From positions 1 to 55,867 of the forward strand of contig CAIYBL010000003.1 in NCBI GenBank assembly GCA_903924485.1: a stretch of DNA of 55,867 nucleotides. Direction: 5' to 3'. The notes beneath the pieces were generated by a model that did no database searches, was not told the DNA's origin, and saw only the letters and a program-made list of their open reading frames with translations. Position 1 is the stretch's first letter, and each line of letters opens with the position of its first letter. This DNA comes from an uncultured Actinomycetes bacterium. Lineage in GTDB: Bacteria; Actinomycetota; Actinomycetes; Nanopelagicales; Nanopelagicaceae. A program made the position numbers and the translations under genes. Below, piece after piece: positions 40,317 through 50,871 of this stretch.

Positions 40317-40557
40317 GTAATACCGCCGATCCGGGTGCGATGTTTTCGCGTCCTGCATTGGCAATGACGACCGCAAAATAGGGCAGAAATACAGCCCCGG
40401 CGAGAGCAATCCATCTATAAGGACTAGGTAGAATTACGGCTGCAATGAAACTTGCAGTTCTGATCATCATCGCGATGAAATAACGTCGCGCTCTGCCAGG
40501 GAGTTCATCGCTCAGGCCTTGCTGAGCGCTTGTAATATCATGAATCTCTTCGGCCAT
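40291..40557 (-). CDS. Small two-TM membrane protein, DUF3099-like
   Basis: 88 aa; RRYFIAMMIRTASFIAAVIL...ALAGAVFLPYFAVVIANAG resembles the actinobacterial DUF3099 family (recognition from memory). Confidence 0.6.
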   Translation of the reverse strand: MAEEIHDITSAQQGLSDELPGRARRYFIAMMIRTASFIAAVILPSPYRWIALAGAVFLPYFAVVIANAGRENIAPGSAVLRDNRKSIS

Positions 40558-40563
40558 GTGTTA

Positions 40564-40569
40564 ACCCTA
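40564..40569 (-). promoter_or_regulatory. -10 hexamer TAGGGT (minus strand), 6 nt upstream of the DUF3099 ATG
   Basis: The reverse complement of acccta (40564-40569) is TAGGGT. The spacer is taacac and there is no SD. Confidence 0.4.
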
Positions 40570-40645
40570 GGCTTCATTTGCGTTCATTGCACATTAAAAA
40601 CCGTACCGACGGCGTGGAAATTCCTACTTACGCAACAGTAGCCAG

Positions 40646-40651
40646 TAAGTT
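40646..40651 (+). promoter_or_regulatory. -10 hexamer TAAGTT, 6 nt upstream of the fabG ATG
   Basis: TAAGTT-ctccat-ATG(40658). The sequence before the ATG is CTCC, not an SD. Confidence 0.4.
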
Positions 40652-40657
40652 CTCCAT

Positions 40658-41374
40658 ATGACTTCTCCTGCCAAACCCATCGCCCTTGTGACGGGCGGCA
40701 ATCGCGGCATTGGTTTGGCAATTGCGCAGGAGCTCAAAGCCGATGGCTTTCATGTCATTCTTACCCATCGCTCAGGAAGTGCGCCTGCTGGTTTTGATGC
40801 CATCACAATGGATGTCACATCCTCCGAAAGCGTTGACCAAGGTTTCACTCAGATTGAATCCCAATTTGGGGTACCGGAAGTAATCGTCGCGAATGCAGGT
40901 ATCACCAAAGACACTCTCGTAATGAGAATGAGCGATGAAGACTTCATGAGTGTCATTGATGCGAATTTAACAGGAGCCTTTCGCGTCGCACGAAGGGCCA
41001 CAAGAGGAATGCTCAAACTTAGGCGAGGCAGATTAATCTTCCTGGGCTCAGTTGTAGGAAGTGTGGGCGCCGCGGGGCAAGTTAATTACGCAGCCAGTAA
41101 ATCTGGTTTGGTTGGTATGGCGCGCTCTTTTGCACGCGAATTAGGAAGCCGGGGAATTACCTCAAATGTGATTGCCCCTGGATTTGTTGAAACAGATATG
41201 ACTGCCGACCTAGAAGCGAAACGACGCAACGATATCGCTGCCTCGGTTCCGCTTGGTCGTTTCTGTTCGGCGAAAGAGATTGCAGGAGTCGTGAGTTTTA
41301 TCGCTTCAGAAAAGGCGTCCTACATAACGGGCGCTGTTATTCCAGTAGATGGCGGATTAGGAATGGGGCACTAA
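40658..41374 (+). CDS. fabG: 3-oxoacyl-ACP reductase (MabA-like)
   Basis: VTGGNRGIGLAIA Rossmann motif and the YAASKSG catalytic motif. It precedes an InhA-like gene, as in the Mtb fabG1-inhA operon. Confidence 0.9.
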   Translation: MTSPAKPIALVTGGNRGIGLAIAQELKADGFHVILTHRSGSAPAGFDAITMDVTSSESVDQGFTQIESQFGVPEVIVANAGITKDTLVMRMSDEDFMSVIDANLTGAFRVARRATRGMLKLRRGRLIFLGSVVGSVGAAGQVNYAASKSGLVGMARSFARELGSRGITSNVIAPGFVETDMTADLEAKRRNDIAASVPLGRFCSAKEIAGVVSFIASEKASYITGAVIPVDGGLGMGH

Positions 41375-41375
41375 C

Positions 41376-42143
41376 GTGGGATTGCTTACGGGTAAAAATA
41401 TATTGGTTACTGGCGTGTTAACAGATGCCTCAATTGCCTTCCACATCGCTCGTCTTGCTCAAGAAGAGGGCGCGACCGTGGTTTTGAGTTCCTACGGTCG
41501 AGTCTTCCGGTTGACGGAGAGAATTTCCGCACGCCTGCCTCACCTTGCCCCCGTTGTCGAACTCGATGTGACAAATGAAGAAGATCTTGCCGCTCTACCT
41601 GAACGACTGCGTCAATATGTTCCGCATCTAGACGGCGTTGTTCATGCAATCGGTTTTGCACCAGAGGCAGCCCTTGGTGGAAATTTTCTCAACACATCAT
41701 GGCCCGATGTCGCTGTAGCGTTGCATGTTTCTGCCTTTTCATTGAAGGCCCTCACCATGGCGGCCAAACCCATGTTCTTAGATCGCGCCTCTGTTGTTGG
41801 TCTGGATTTTGATGCCAGTGTTGCCTGGCCAAAATATGACTGGATGGGAGTAGCCAAAGCAGCTCTTGAATCCACATCTCGATACCTCGCCCGTGATTTA
41901 GGGCCTGAAAATATTCGAGTGAACTTAGTCGCGGCAGGTCCGATTAAAACTATGGCTGCGAAATCGATTCCAGGGTTTGAGCAATTTGAACACCTATGGG
42001 ATGAGAGATCTGCTCTTGATTGGGATGTGACCGATCCAGTTCCTACCGCCCAAGCCACCGTTGTGCTCCTCTCGGATTGGCTGCCCAAGACCACCGGCGA
42101 AATCCTCCATGTTGACGGCGGTATGCACGCTATGGGCGGGTAA
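41376..42143 (+). CDS. fabI: NADH-dependent enoyl-ACP reductase (InhA-type FabI)
   Basis: GKNILVTGVLTDASIAFHIA N-terminus, 255 aa. The GTG start is 1 nt after the fabG stop. Confidence 0.88.
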   Translation: MGLLTGKNILVTGVLTDASIAFHIARLAQEEGATVVLSSYGRVFRLTERISARLPHLAPVVELDVTNEEDLAALPERLRQYVPHLDGVVHAIGFAPEAALGGNFLNTSWPDVAVALHVSAFSLKALTMAAKPMFLDRASVVGLDFDASVAWPKYDWMGVAKAALESTSRYLARDLGPENIRVNLVAAGPIKTMAAKSIPGFEQFEHLWDERSALDWDVTDPVPTAQATVVLLSDWLPKTTGEILHVDGGMHAMGG

Positions 42144-42346
42144 TAGGCTCAATTTCGCGTCTAGCCCGCCCTCTAGTATCCTTACGCCAAGACCAGTGGC
42201 CTAGTCGGCACTGCAAGAGGAGTTCCGCTCCCACCTTCATCGCTTCGGCGAGATGGTATGTCGATACCCAAGACTTTTGGGTTTCTTCGCGGGCTCACCT
42301 TGTAGCGACTTAACTACTGACAGGCAGCTACTACGAAGGAGTTTTT
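42144..42346 (+). promoter_or_regulatory. Structured ~200-nt infC-rpmI-rplT leader (candidate autoregulatory element)
   Basis: -10-like TAGTAT (42174-42179). Small hairpins include a UUCG-capped stem (42238-42255). A terminator-like hairpin and then SD GAAGGAG (42335-42341) follow. Confidence 0.45.
42266..42287 (+). terminator. Weak terminator/attenuator-like hairpin inside the infC leader
   Basis: ACCCAA-gactt-TTGGGT (6-bp stem) followed by TTCTT. Confidence 0.35.
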
Positions 42347-42934
42347 ATCAGCACTGAAGCCCGCATTAATGATCGCATTCGCGTCCCTGAAGTTCGTCTC
42401 ATCGGTCCTGCCGCTGAGCAAATCGGAGTCGTAGATATCGATACCGCATTGCGAATGGCAGATGAGTTCGGTCTTGATTTAGTCGAGATCGCCCCTGACG
42501 CCGTTCCTCCCGTTTGCAAGATCATGGATTTCGGAAAATATAAGTACGAAATCGCACAGAAGGCTCGGGAAGCGCGGCAGAACCAGACTCACATCATTGT
42601 GAAGGAAGTTCGAATGCGTCCAAAGATTGAAGCTCACGATTATGAGACCAAAAGGAATCACATCGAGAAGTTTCTTCGAGGCGGCGACAAAGTGAAGATA
42701 ACGATGCAATTTCGTGGTCGTGAACAAACAAGGCCTGAATTGGGTTACAAGCTCTTGCAACGTCTTGCAGAAGACATAAAAGAGTTTGGATTCATTGAGT
42801 TTGCGCCCAAGCAAGAAGGTCGCAATATGACAATGGTTCTGGGCCCAACGAAGCGAAAGACCGAAGCAGTGGCGGAACAGAAAGCGGCTCGCAAGGCCAA
42901 AGCTGAAGCCGCGCAAGTACCTGAAGCAGAGTAA
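42347..42934 (+). CDS. infC: Translation initiation factor IF-3, non-canonical ATC start
   Basis: The in-frame [29 protein letters not shown] is the conserved IF3 N-domain start. ATC 42347 lies 5 nt after SD GAAGGAG, and an in-frame TAA is at 42311. The ORF-track start (TTG 42449) would delete 34 conserved residues. Confidence 0.85.
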   Translation: MSTEARINDRIRVPEVRLIGPAAEQIGVVDIDTALRMADEFGLDLVEIAPDAVPPVCKIMDFGKYKYEIAQKAREARQNQTHIIVKEVRMRPKIEAHDYETKRNHIEKFLRGGDKVKITMQFRGREQTRPELGYKLLQRLAEDIKEFGFIEFAPKQEGRNMTMVLGPTKRKTEAVAEQKAARKAKAEAAQVPEAE

Positions 42935-42971
42935 GAACTTTTAGAGTACCAACGAGAGAAAGAACGCGAAT

Positions 42972-43169
42972 ATGCCAAAGATGAAAACGCACAGTGGCGC
43001 GAAGAAGACTTTCCGCGTCACCGGAACTGGAAAGATCATGCACGAGCGAGCTGGCAAGCGCCACCTTCTTGAGCGCAAATCTTCGCGTCACACACGCCGT
43101 CTGAGCAATGATGCAACGGCTAAGCCAACTACAACTTTTACAGCCAAGCGCATGCTTGGTTTGAAGTAA
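42972..43169 (+). CDS. rpmI: 50S ribosomal protein L35
   Basis: [22 protein letters not shown]-terminus, 65 aa. Confidence 0.95.
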   Translation: MPKMKTHSGAKKTFRVTGTGKIMHERAGKRHLLERKSSRHTRRLSNDATAKPTTTFTAKRMLGLK

Positions 43170-43182
43170 GGAGCGCCCCTAA

Positions 43183-43554
43183 ATGGCAAGAGTCAAGCGT
43201 GGCGTGCATGCCGCCAAGAAGCGTCGTACAACTCTCGAACGTGCTGCAGGTTATCGTGGCCAACGTTCACGTCTCTATGCGAAAGCAAAAGAGCAACTTA
43301 CGCACTCAATGGTTTATGCGTTCAATGACCGTAAAGACAAGAAAGGCGATTTCCGCCAACTGTGGATTCAGCGCATCAATGCTGCAAGCCGTGAAAATGG
43401 TTTGACGTACAACCGCTTCATCCAGGGCCTTAAGGCTGCGGGTGTGGAAGTTGACCGTCGCGTTCTTTCAGAACTCGCAACAAATGAGCCAGAGACTTTC
43501 AAGACACTTGTCGAAGTTGCTCGCAAGAGCCTCCTCGCAATTGCTGCAAAGTAA
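43183..43554 (+). CDS. rplT: 50S ribosomal protein L20
   Basis: [16 protein letters not shown]-terminus, 123 aa. Confidence 0.95.
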   Translation: MARVKRGVHAAKKRRTTLERAAGYRGQRSRLYAKAKEQLTHSMVYAFNDRKDKKGDFRQLWIQRINAASRENGLTYNRFIQGLKAAGVEVDRRVLSELATNEPETFKTLVEVARKSLLAIAAK

Positions 43555-43578
43555 TTTAGCTCAAGCTTTTCAACCCTG

Positions 43579-45400
<1,822 letters not shown>

Positions 45401-45401
<1 letters not shown>

Positions 45402-47863
45402 TGCGCGCGCCCTTATCGTGGTTGCGCGAATTCGCTGCTATCCCCGAAGGTGTCACTCCGCAGGAGATAGCGGACGCATTTGTGCGTGTCGGCTTCGAAG
45501 TTGAGGATATTGAATTTCAAGGGGCAGATGTCGTTGGCCCTCTGGTTGTTGGACGAGTGATCGCAATCGATGAGATCACTGAATTTAAAAAGCCCATTCG
45601 TTGGGTTGAGCTTGATTGTGGCGAAGGCAAGTCTCGATTTGTAGTGTGTGGAGCGACGAATTTCTCCGCAGGAGAGTTAGTGGTTGTGGCGCTACCTGGG
45701 GCAATACTGCCTGGTGGATTCGCAATCGCCGAGCGCGAAACGTACGGTAAAACCAGCAACGGCATGATTTGCTCATCGAGAGAAATCGGTTTGAGCCAAG
45801 ATCATGATGGCATTCTTGTTCTGCCCATCGCGTGTGCCAATCCTGGAACGGATGCAATCGCCCTACTGAACGTGGAAGATGTTGTTTTTGATATCGCAGT
45901 GAATCCTGATCGCGGTTATGCACTTTCTCTGCGCGGACTTGCGCGGGAAATCGCAGCATCATTAGATGTTGATTATCAAGATCCCGTGCTATCAATCGAT
46001 GCGGACTCACTGATTTCCTTGGGTACAGGCGTGAAAGTTTCGATCGATGATCCAACTGCAGCGTCGGTGATCTACATCCGTACTATTGAGAACTTCAACC
46101 CCGCGGCTCCTACGCCATTGTGGATGAGCCGTCGCATAGAAAAGTGCGGAATGCGATCGATCTCTTTAGCCGTTGATATTACAAATTATGTCATGCTGGA
46201 ACTTGGCCAGCCACTGCACGCTTTCGATCGCGACAAAATTCAAGGCTCCTTACATATCCGACGTGCTGCGGACACTAAAGCTTTGACGACACTTGATGGG
46301 CAAGAAAGACAGCTAGCTCAACACGACTTACTTGTCGCCGATGATCAAGGGGCACTTGCACTTGCCGGAACTATGGGTGGCGCAACTTCTGAAGTTACAC
46401 CTACAACCAAATCGATCGCTCTAGAGGCTGCGAGATTTGATCCGATTTCAATTGCCAAGAACTCTAGGTCGCATCGACTTTCCTCAGAGGCATCGCGGCG
46501 ATTAGAGCGGGGAGTGGACCCAACACTTGCGAAATTTGCTTCAGCCCGCGCAACAATTCTCATGGTTGAACTCGGGGGAGCCGTTCACGTCGATACTCAG
46601 ACGGCAGGGGAGCCTGTATTTAGTCCCGCTATTGAATTTGATCCGTTCTTTGTGTCAGCGCTAACGGGTGCACATATTTCGCCAGATCTTGTTGCAGAGA
46701 AATTACGTATCGTCGGCTGTGACGTTCAGGAGAATGGAAATCTCTGGAAGGTGGAGCCTCCGACATGGCGAAGTGATTTGTTTGGACCAGCCGATCTTGT
46801 AGAAGAAGTAGCTCGAATGATTGGCTACGACGCGATTCCTTCTTCGTTACCGCCTCATCCAGTGAGTCCTGGCTTAACTGATGCACAGATGCGTCGACGA
46901 GTAGTTGGAACGCTCTTGGCGGATCGTGGCCTCGTCGAAGTGCAGACCTATCCATTTATTTCGCAGTCGGTAATCGATGCCATGGGATATGCCGGAGATC
47001 GGGCCAAGGCATTTCGCATAGCCAATCCGATGTCAGAGGACTTCCCACTACTTCGCCAGCACCTTATTCCTGGACTTCTTGAAGCAGCACAGCGCAACAT
47101 AAGCCGAGGCGCAAAGAATTTTGGGCTTTTTGAGATGGGATCTATCTTTCGTAATAATCGCTCATTGAGTGCGATTGAAAATCCAGGTACCACTGAGAGG
47201 CCTTCCGCTGCAGCGATTGAGTCGATTTACGCTGGAGTTCCGGATCAGCCCATTCATGTTGGTGGTGTGTTGATCGGGCAGGCAGAGGAGCACGATTGGC
47301 GAGGCAGCGGGCGATCATTTGATTGGAATGACGCGGTTTCCCAAACTGAGGCAATCTTGGCAACGTGCAAAATGCAATGGAGTACCCAACGTTCAGTCTT
47401 TGCTCCATGGCACCCAGGCCGTTGCGCCGAATTTGTCGTTGACGGAGTTGTTGTCGCCCATGCAGGAGAACTTCACCCTCGTGTAGTCGCTCACTTTGGA
47501 CTTCCGGAGCGGTCATGCGCTTTCGTGGTTAATCTTTCCGCTCTTCCTGCTCGCACGATAGTTCGAGCGAGCTTTATCGGAACAATGCCCGTGGCTGTGC
47601 AGGATATTGCCCTCATCGTTGATTCACATGTACTCGCATCGGAGGTTGAGAAGGCGCTAAAGGCCGGAGCGGGTCCGCTTTTGGAGTCCATTCACCTCTT
47701 TGATCGCTATGACCAAATTGGTGATGGCAAAGTCTCTCTGGCTTTCACTCTCACCTTCAGGGCTCCAGATCGAACTCTTACGGGCACTGAAGTATCGGAA
47801 ATGCGTGAGGCGGCTGGGGCTGCGGCTTTTGCCGCTACGGGGGCAATTGTTCGCTCTGCATAA
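45401..47863 (+). CDS. pheT: Phenylalanine--tRNA ligase beta subunit
   Basis: (M)RAPLSWLREF N-terminus, 820 aa, with a tRNA-binding/B3-4/B5/FDX-ACB layout. GTG start in a TAGTG overlap with pheS. Confidence 0.95.
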
Positions 47864-47886
47864 AAATGCATAAAATTGCATAAATA
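47857..47886. promoter_or_regulatory. ARG-box-like operator: three phased copies of TGCATAAA(W)(W) giving TGCAT-AAAA-ATGCAT-AAAA-TTGCAT
   Basis: TGCATAAAAA TGCATAAAAT TGCATAAATA read directly (10-bp period). The half-sites form ARG-box-type TGCAT-W4-ATGCA palindromes. The array overlaps the pheT stop and the argC -35. argR is encoded in the same operon. Confidence 0.6.
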
Positions 47887-47905
47887 TAGATTTTTCCTGT
47901 AACCT
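47876..47905 (+). promoter_or_regulatory. Candidate argC promoter: TTGCAT, 18 nt, TAACCT, with the -10 lying 7 nt from the ATG (leaderless)
   Basis: TAACCT (47900-47905)-ttgacac-ATG(47913). No SD is present. The -35 coincides with the third ARG half-site. Confidence 0.4.
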
Positions 47906-47912
47906 TTGACAC

Positions 47913-48932
47913 ATGAAAACAGCGGTTATTGGCGCAAGCGGGTACACGGGAGGAGAGCTCCTGCGTCTTCTTGGAGCACATCCACAATTTACCCCGAACC
48001 TCATCAGCGCGCACAGTAATGCAGGAGAGCGCATCGCCAGCCTGCACCCACACCTAGCGCACTACGACAACCAACTTTTTTCACCTTTAGATATCGATAA
48101 AGCTCGCGAATGTGATGTGGTTTTTTTGGCGATGCCACATGGCGAGTCCGCCAAAGTTGCTGCGCAACTTTCCCCCGCGCAGAAAATTGTCGATCTCGGC
48201 GCCGACTTTAGACTAGCCAGTGCTCAATCGTGGGAGAAATATTACGGGGGAGAACACGCAGGAACCTGGACGTATGGATTGCCTGAACTCGCTGGTCACA
48301 GAAAATTGATTTCGCAATCTTCGCGAGTAGCAAACCCCGGTTGTTATGCAACCGCGATTTCTTTAGGTGCCTTCCCTGCCTTAGAGATTATTGATAGTGG
48401 AGACATTGTCATCGTTGCCGCATCAGGAACAACCGGTGCCGGACGAGGATTGAAATCTTCGCTGTTAGGTAGTGAGGTTATGAATTCGCTTACGTCATAT
48501 AAATTCGGGGGCGTTCATCAGCACACGCCCGAAATCGAACAGTCGCTTTCTGGGCTAACACATAAACATGTTGGGATCTCATTTACGCCAGTTCTGGCGC
48601 CGATGCCACGAGGCATCCTTGCCACCATTACAGCTCGGCTTGTGCAAGATGTCACCCTCGAGCAACTACGAAAACTATATCTAGATGCATATGCAACAGA
48701 TTGCTTTGTTTCTCTTCTACCTGAAGGGTCGATGCCAAGAAGTGCGAGCCTTGTCGGCAGCAATGGCGCCCATATCCAGGTTGCCATTGACGAACATTCC
48801 AATCGCCTAGTTGTCAGTGTAGCTATCGATAATCTCGGCAAAGGCGCGGCAGGGCAGGCAATTCAGAATGCCAATCTCATGTGCGGTTTTGATGAAGAAT
48901 TAGGTTTGAGTACTGCGGGGTTAGGGGTATGA
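47913..48932 (+). CDS. argC: N-acetyl-gamma-glutamyl-phosphate reductase
   Basis: VIGASGYTGGELLRLL and the catalytic NPGCYAT. Confidence 0.95.
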   Translation: MKTAVIGASGYTGGELLRLLGAHPQFTPNLISAHSNAGERIASLHPHLAHYDNQLFSPLDIDKARECDVVFLAMPHGESAKVAAQLSPAQKIVDLGADFRLASAQSWEKYYGGEHAGTWTYGLPELAGHRKLISQSSRVANPGCYATAISLGAFPALEIIDSGDIVIVAASGTTGAGRGLKSSLLGSEVMNSLTSYKFGGVHQHTPEIEQSLSGLTHKHVGISFTPVLAPMPRGILATITARLVQDVTLEQLRKLYLDAYATDCFVSLLPEGSMPRSASLVGSNGAHIQVAIDEHSNRLVVSVAIDNLGKGAAGQAIQNANLMCGFDEELGLSTAGLGV

Positions 48933-50074
48933 AATTCCCTCTAGGTTTTCGCGGCGCGGCAGTCGCCTGCGGATTGAAATCAAGCGGAGCTCTTGATCTC
49001 ACGATCATTGAAAATTATGGACCGACTAATTATGCAGCGGGAGTTTTCACCTCTAATAAAATTGTTGCTGCGCCGGTAACGTGGTCAAAGCAAATCGTCC
49101 GGGGTGGTGCCATTCGGGCAGTTATTCTCAATTCAGGTGGCGCTAACGCCTGCACTGGTCCACAAGGCTTCTCCGACACACATCTAACAGCGGAGTCTGT
49201 AGCACGTGAATTGAAAGTCTCCTCTTCTGAAGTTGCCGTGTGTTCGACCGGCCTGATTGGCGAATTCTTGCCGATGGAGAAGATCCTCTCGGGAATCACA
49301 GCGTTATCTTCGACCTTAGTGGAAGGCGCCTTGGATCCCATCGCAAGGGCGATTATGACAACGGATACCCATCCTAAAATTGCCAGCGTGAGCGTTGGGC
49401 AGGCAACGTTCTCAGGAATTGCCAAAGGGGCGGGAATGTTAGCCCCGGCCCTTGCCACGATGCTTTCAGTGATCATGACAGATGCGATCGTAAATCCAGA
49501 AAAGCTTCAAGAAATATTTACTCGCGTATGCAACCGAACATTTAACCGGATTGATTCCGATGGATGTACCTCTACAAATGACACCGTTTTATTTATGGCC
49601 AGTGGATCCTCGGCACATTCGATCACGGATCAAGAGATCGAGGACGCCTTGATGCACGTATGCGGGTCATTGGCTAGTCAATTAATAGCCGACGCCGAAG
49701 GTCATACGAAGATCGTGTCGATAGAGGTGCACGGCGCAATGACTGAAGAAGATGCGGTAGAAGTCGGCAGGGCGTGCGCGAGAAATAATTTGCTCAAATG
49801 TGCACTTTTTGGTGGTGATCCGAACTGGGGCAGAATTTTGGCGGCGCTCGGTACGGCCAAAGCTGAATTCGATCCGACGGATGTAGATGTGACTTTAAAT
49901 GGCATTATGGTTGCACGTTCAAGTGGTCCTGGAGATGATAGAAAGCTCGTTGATCTATCAGGTGTAGATATTTCAATAATCATCGATCTTAAGAGTGGCT
50001 CGGAAAGTGCGACAATTTTTACTAATGACTTGAGCCACGATTACGTTGAAGAGAATTCTGCGTACGCAACATGA
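48929..50074 (+). CDS. argJ: Bifunctional ornithine acetyltransferase / N-acetylglutamate synthase
   Basis: Autoprocessing site PALATMLSVIMTDA. ATGA overlap with argC. Confidence 0.93.
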   Translation: MKFPLGFRGAAVACGLKSSGALDLTIIENYGPTNYAAGVFTSNKIVAAPVTWSKQIVRGGAIRAVILNSGGANACTGPQGFSDTHLTAESVARELKVSSSEVAVCSTGLIGEFLPMEKILSGITALSSTLVEGALDPIARAIMTTDTHPKIASVSVGQATFSGIAKGAGMLAPALATMLSVIMTDAIVNPEKLQEIFTRVCNRTFNRIDSDGCTSTNDTVLFMASGSSAHSITDQEIEDALMHVCGSLASQLIADAEGHTKIVSIEVHGAMTEEDAVEVGRACARNNLLKCALFGGDPNWGRILAALGTAKAEFDPTDVDVTLNGIMVARSSGPGDDRKLVDLSGVDISIIIDLKSGSESATIFTNDLSHDYVEENSAYAT

Positions 50075-50871
50075 TAGTTATTAAATTTGGCGGTCACGCC
50101 ATGACGGATGTTGAAGGTTTGTTCGCGCAAGCTGTTCAGTCGGCACTCGATCTCGGACAAGAATGCGTAATCGTCCACGGTGGGGGACCACAAATAAATG
50201 ATGCCCTAAGTGATGCAGGTATTGAGACAGAATTTATTGGCGGTTTCCGCGTCACGTCAGAGGAAGCATTTGCCGTTGTCCAAAGTGTTCTTAGTGGAAG
50301 CGTGTTGCGCAATGTCGTAGCACAATTGAGATCTGCCGGTATAAATGCAGTGGGGATAACAGGGCGAGATGGCGGATTGCTCATTGCGCAAAAATTGACA
50401 GAGCTCGTGGATGGCACGCCAGTTGATTTGGGATATGTAGGAGAGATCGTTCGCGTAGATACTTCACTTCTCACTTCACTATTGGCATCTGGATTTCTTC
50501 CCGTGATTTCGCCCGTTGCGGTCGCAGGGGATGAGTCGGATGAAGATTCTAAAGTGGGGCTAAATGTCAATGCAGATCTTGCCGCGGGAGCAATTGCCGG
50601 TGCTTTAGGTGCAGATTCCTTGATCTTCATGACCGATGTGCCAGGAATCTATAGAAACTGGCCAGATACCTCCTCGCTTATTGCATCAATCACCTTCAGC
50701 GAACTGTTTTTAATAAAGGACGAATTTTCGGAAGGTATGGCGCCAAAAGTTCTAGCCGCCCTAAACGCCATATCCTCCGGCGCTCAACAAGTGCGGATCA
50801 TTGATGGAAAGGATCCGCAGGCATTCGCTTTGGCAATCAGAGGGCTCGGTGGAACAGTGGTGACACGATGA
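50071..50871 (+). CDS. argB: Acetylglutamate kinase, short form lacking the N-terminal extension
   Basis: MIVIKFGGHAM...VHGGGPQIN...GGFRVT. An in-frame TGA at 50047-50049 and the absence of a start codon between it and ATG 50071 rule out a longer N-terminus. Confidence 0.9.
   Translation: MIVIKFGGHAMTDVEGLFAQAVQSALDLGQECVIVHGGGPQINDALSDAGIETEFIGGFRVTSEEAFAVVQSVLSGSVLRNVVAQLRSAGINAVGITGRDGGLLIAQKLTELVDGTPVDLGYVGEIVRVDTSLLTSLLASGFLPVISPVAVAGDESDEDSKVGLNVNADLAAGAIAGALGADSLIFMTDVPGIYRNWPDTSSLIASITFSELFLIKDEFSEGMAPKVLAALNAISSGAQQVRIIDGKDPQAFALAIRGLGGTVVTR

Noticed and set aside
42134-42171. GGGCGGG...CCCGCCC inverted repeat spanning the fabI stop as a terminator
   Set aside because: The stem is 7 bp and GC-rich, but the loop is 24 nt and there is no downstream U-tract. 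It may still contribute to the infC leader structure, so it is left uncalled.
50136-50630. 164-aa ORF antisense to argB (similar cases at 45585-46055, 11930-12415, 35063-35494, 41642-42094, 42479-42916)
   Set aside because: All are nested in strongly supported CDSs on the other strand and have biased, low-complexity translations. They are treated as frame shadows.
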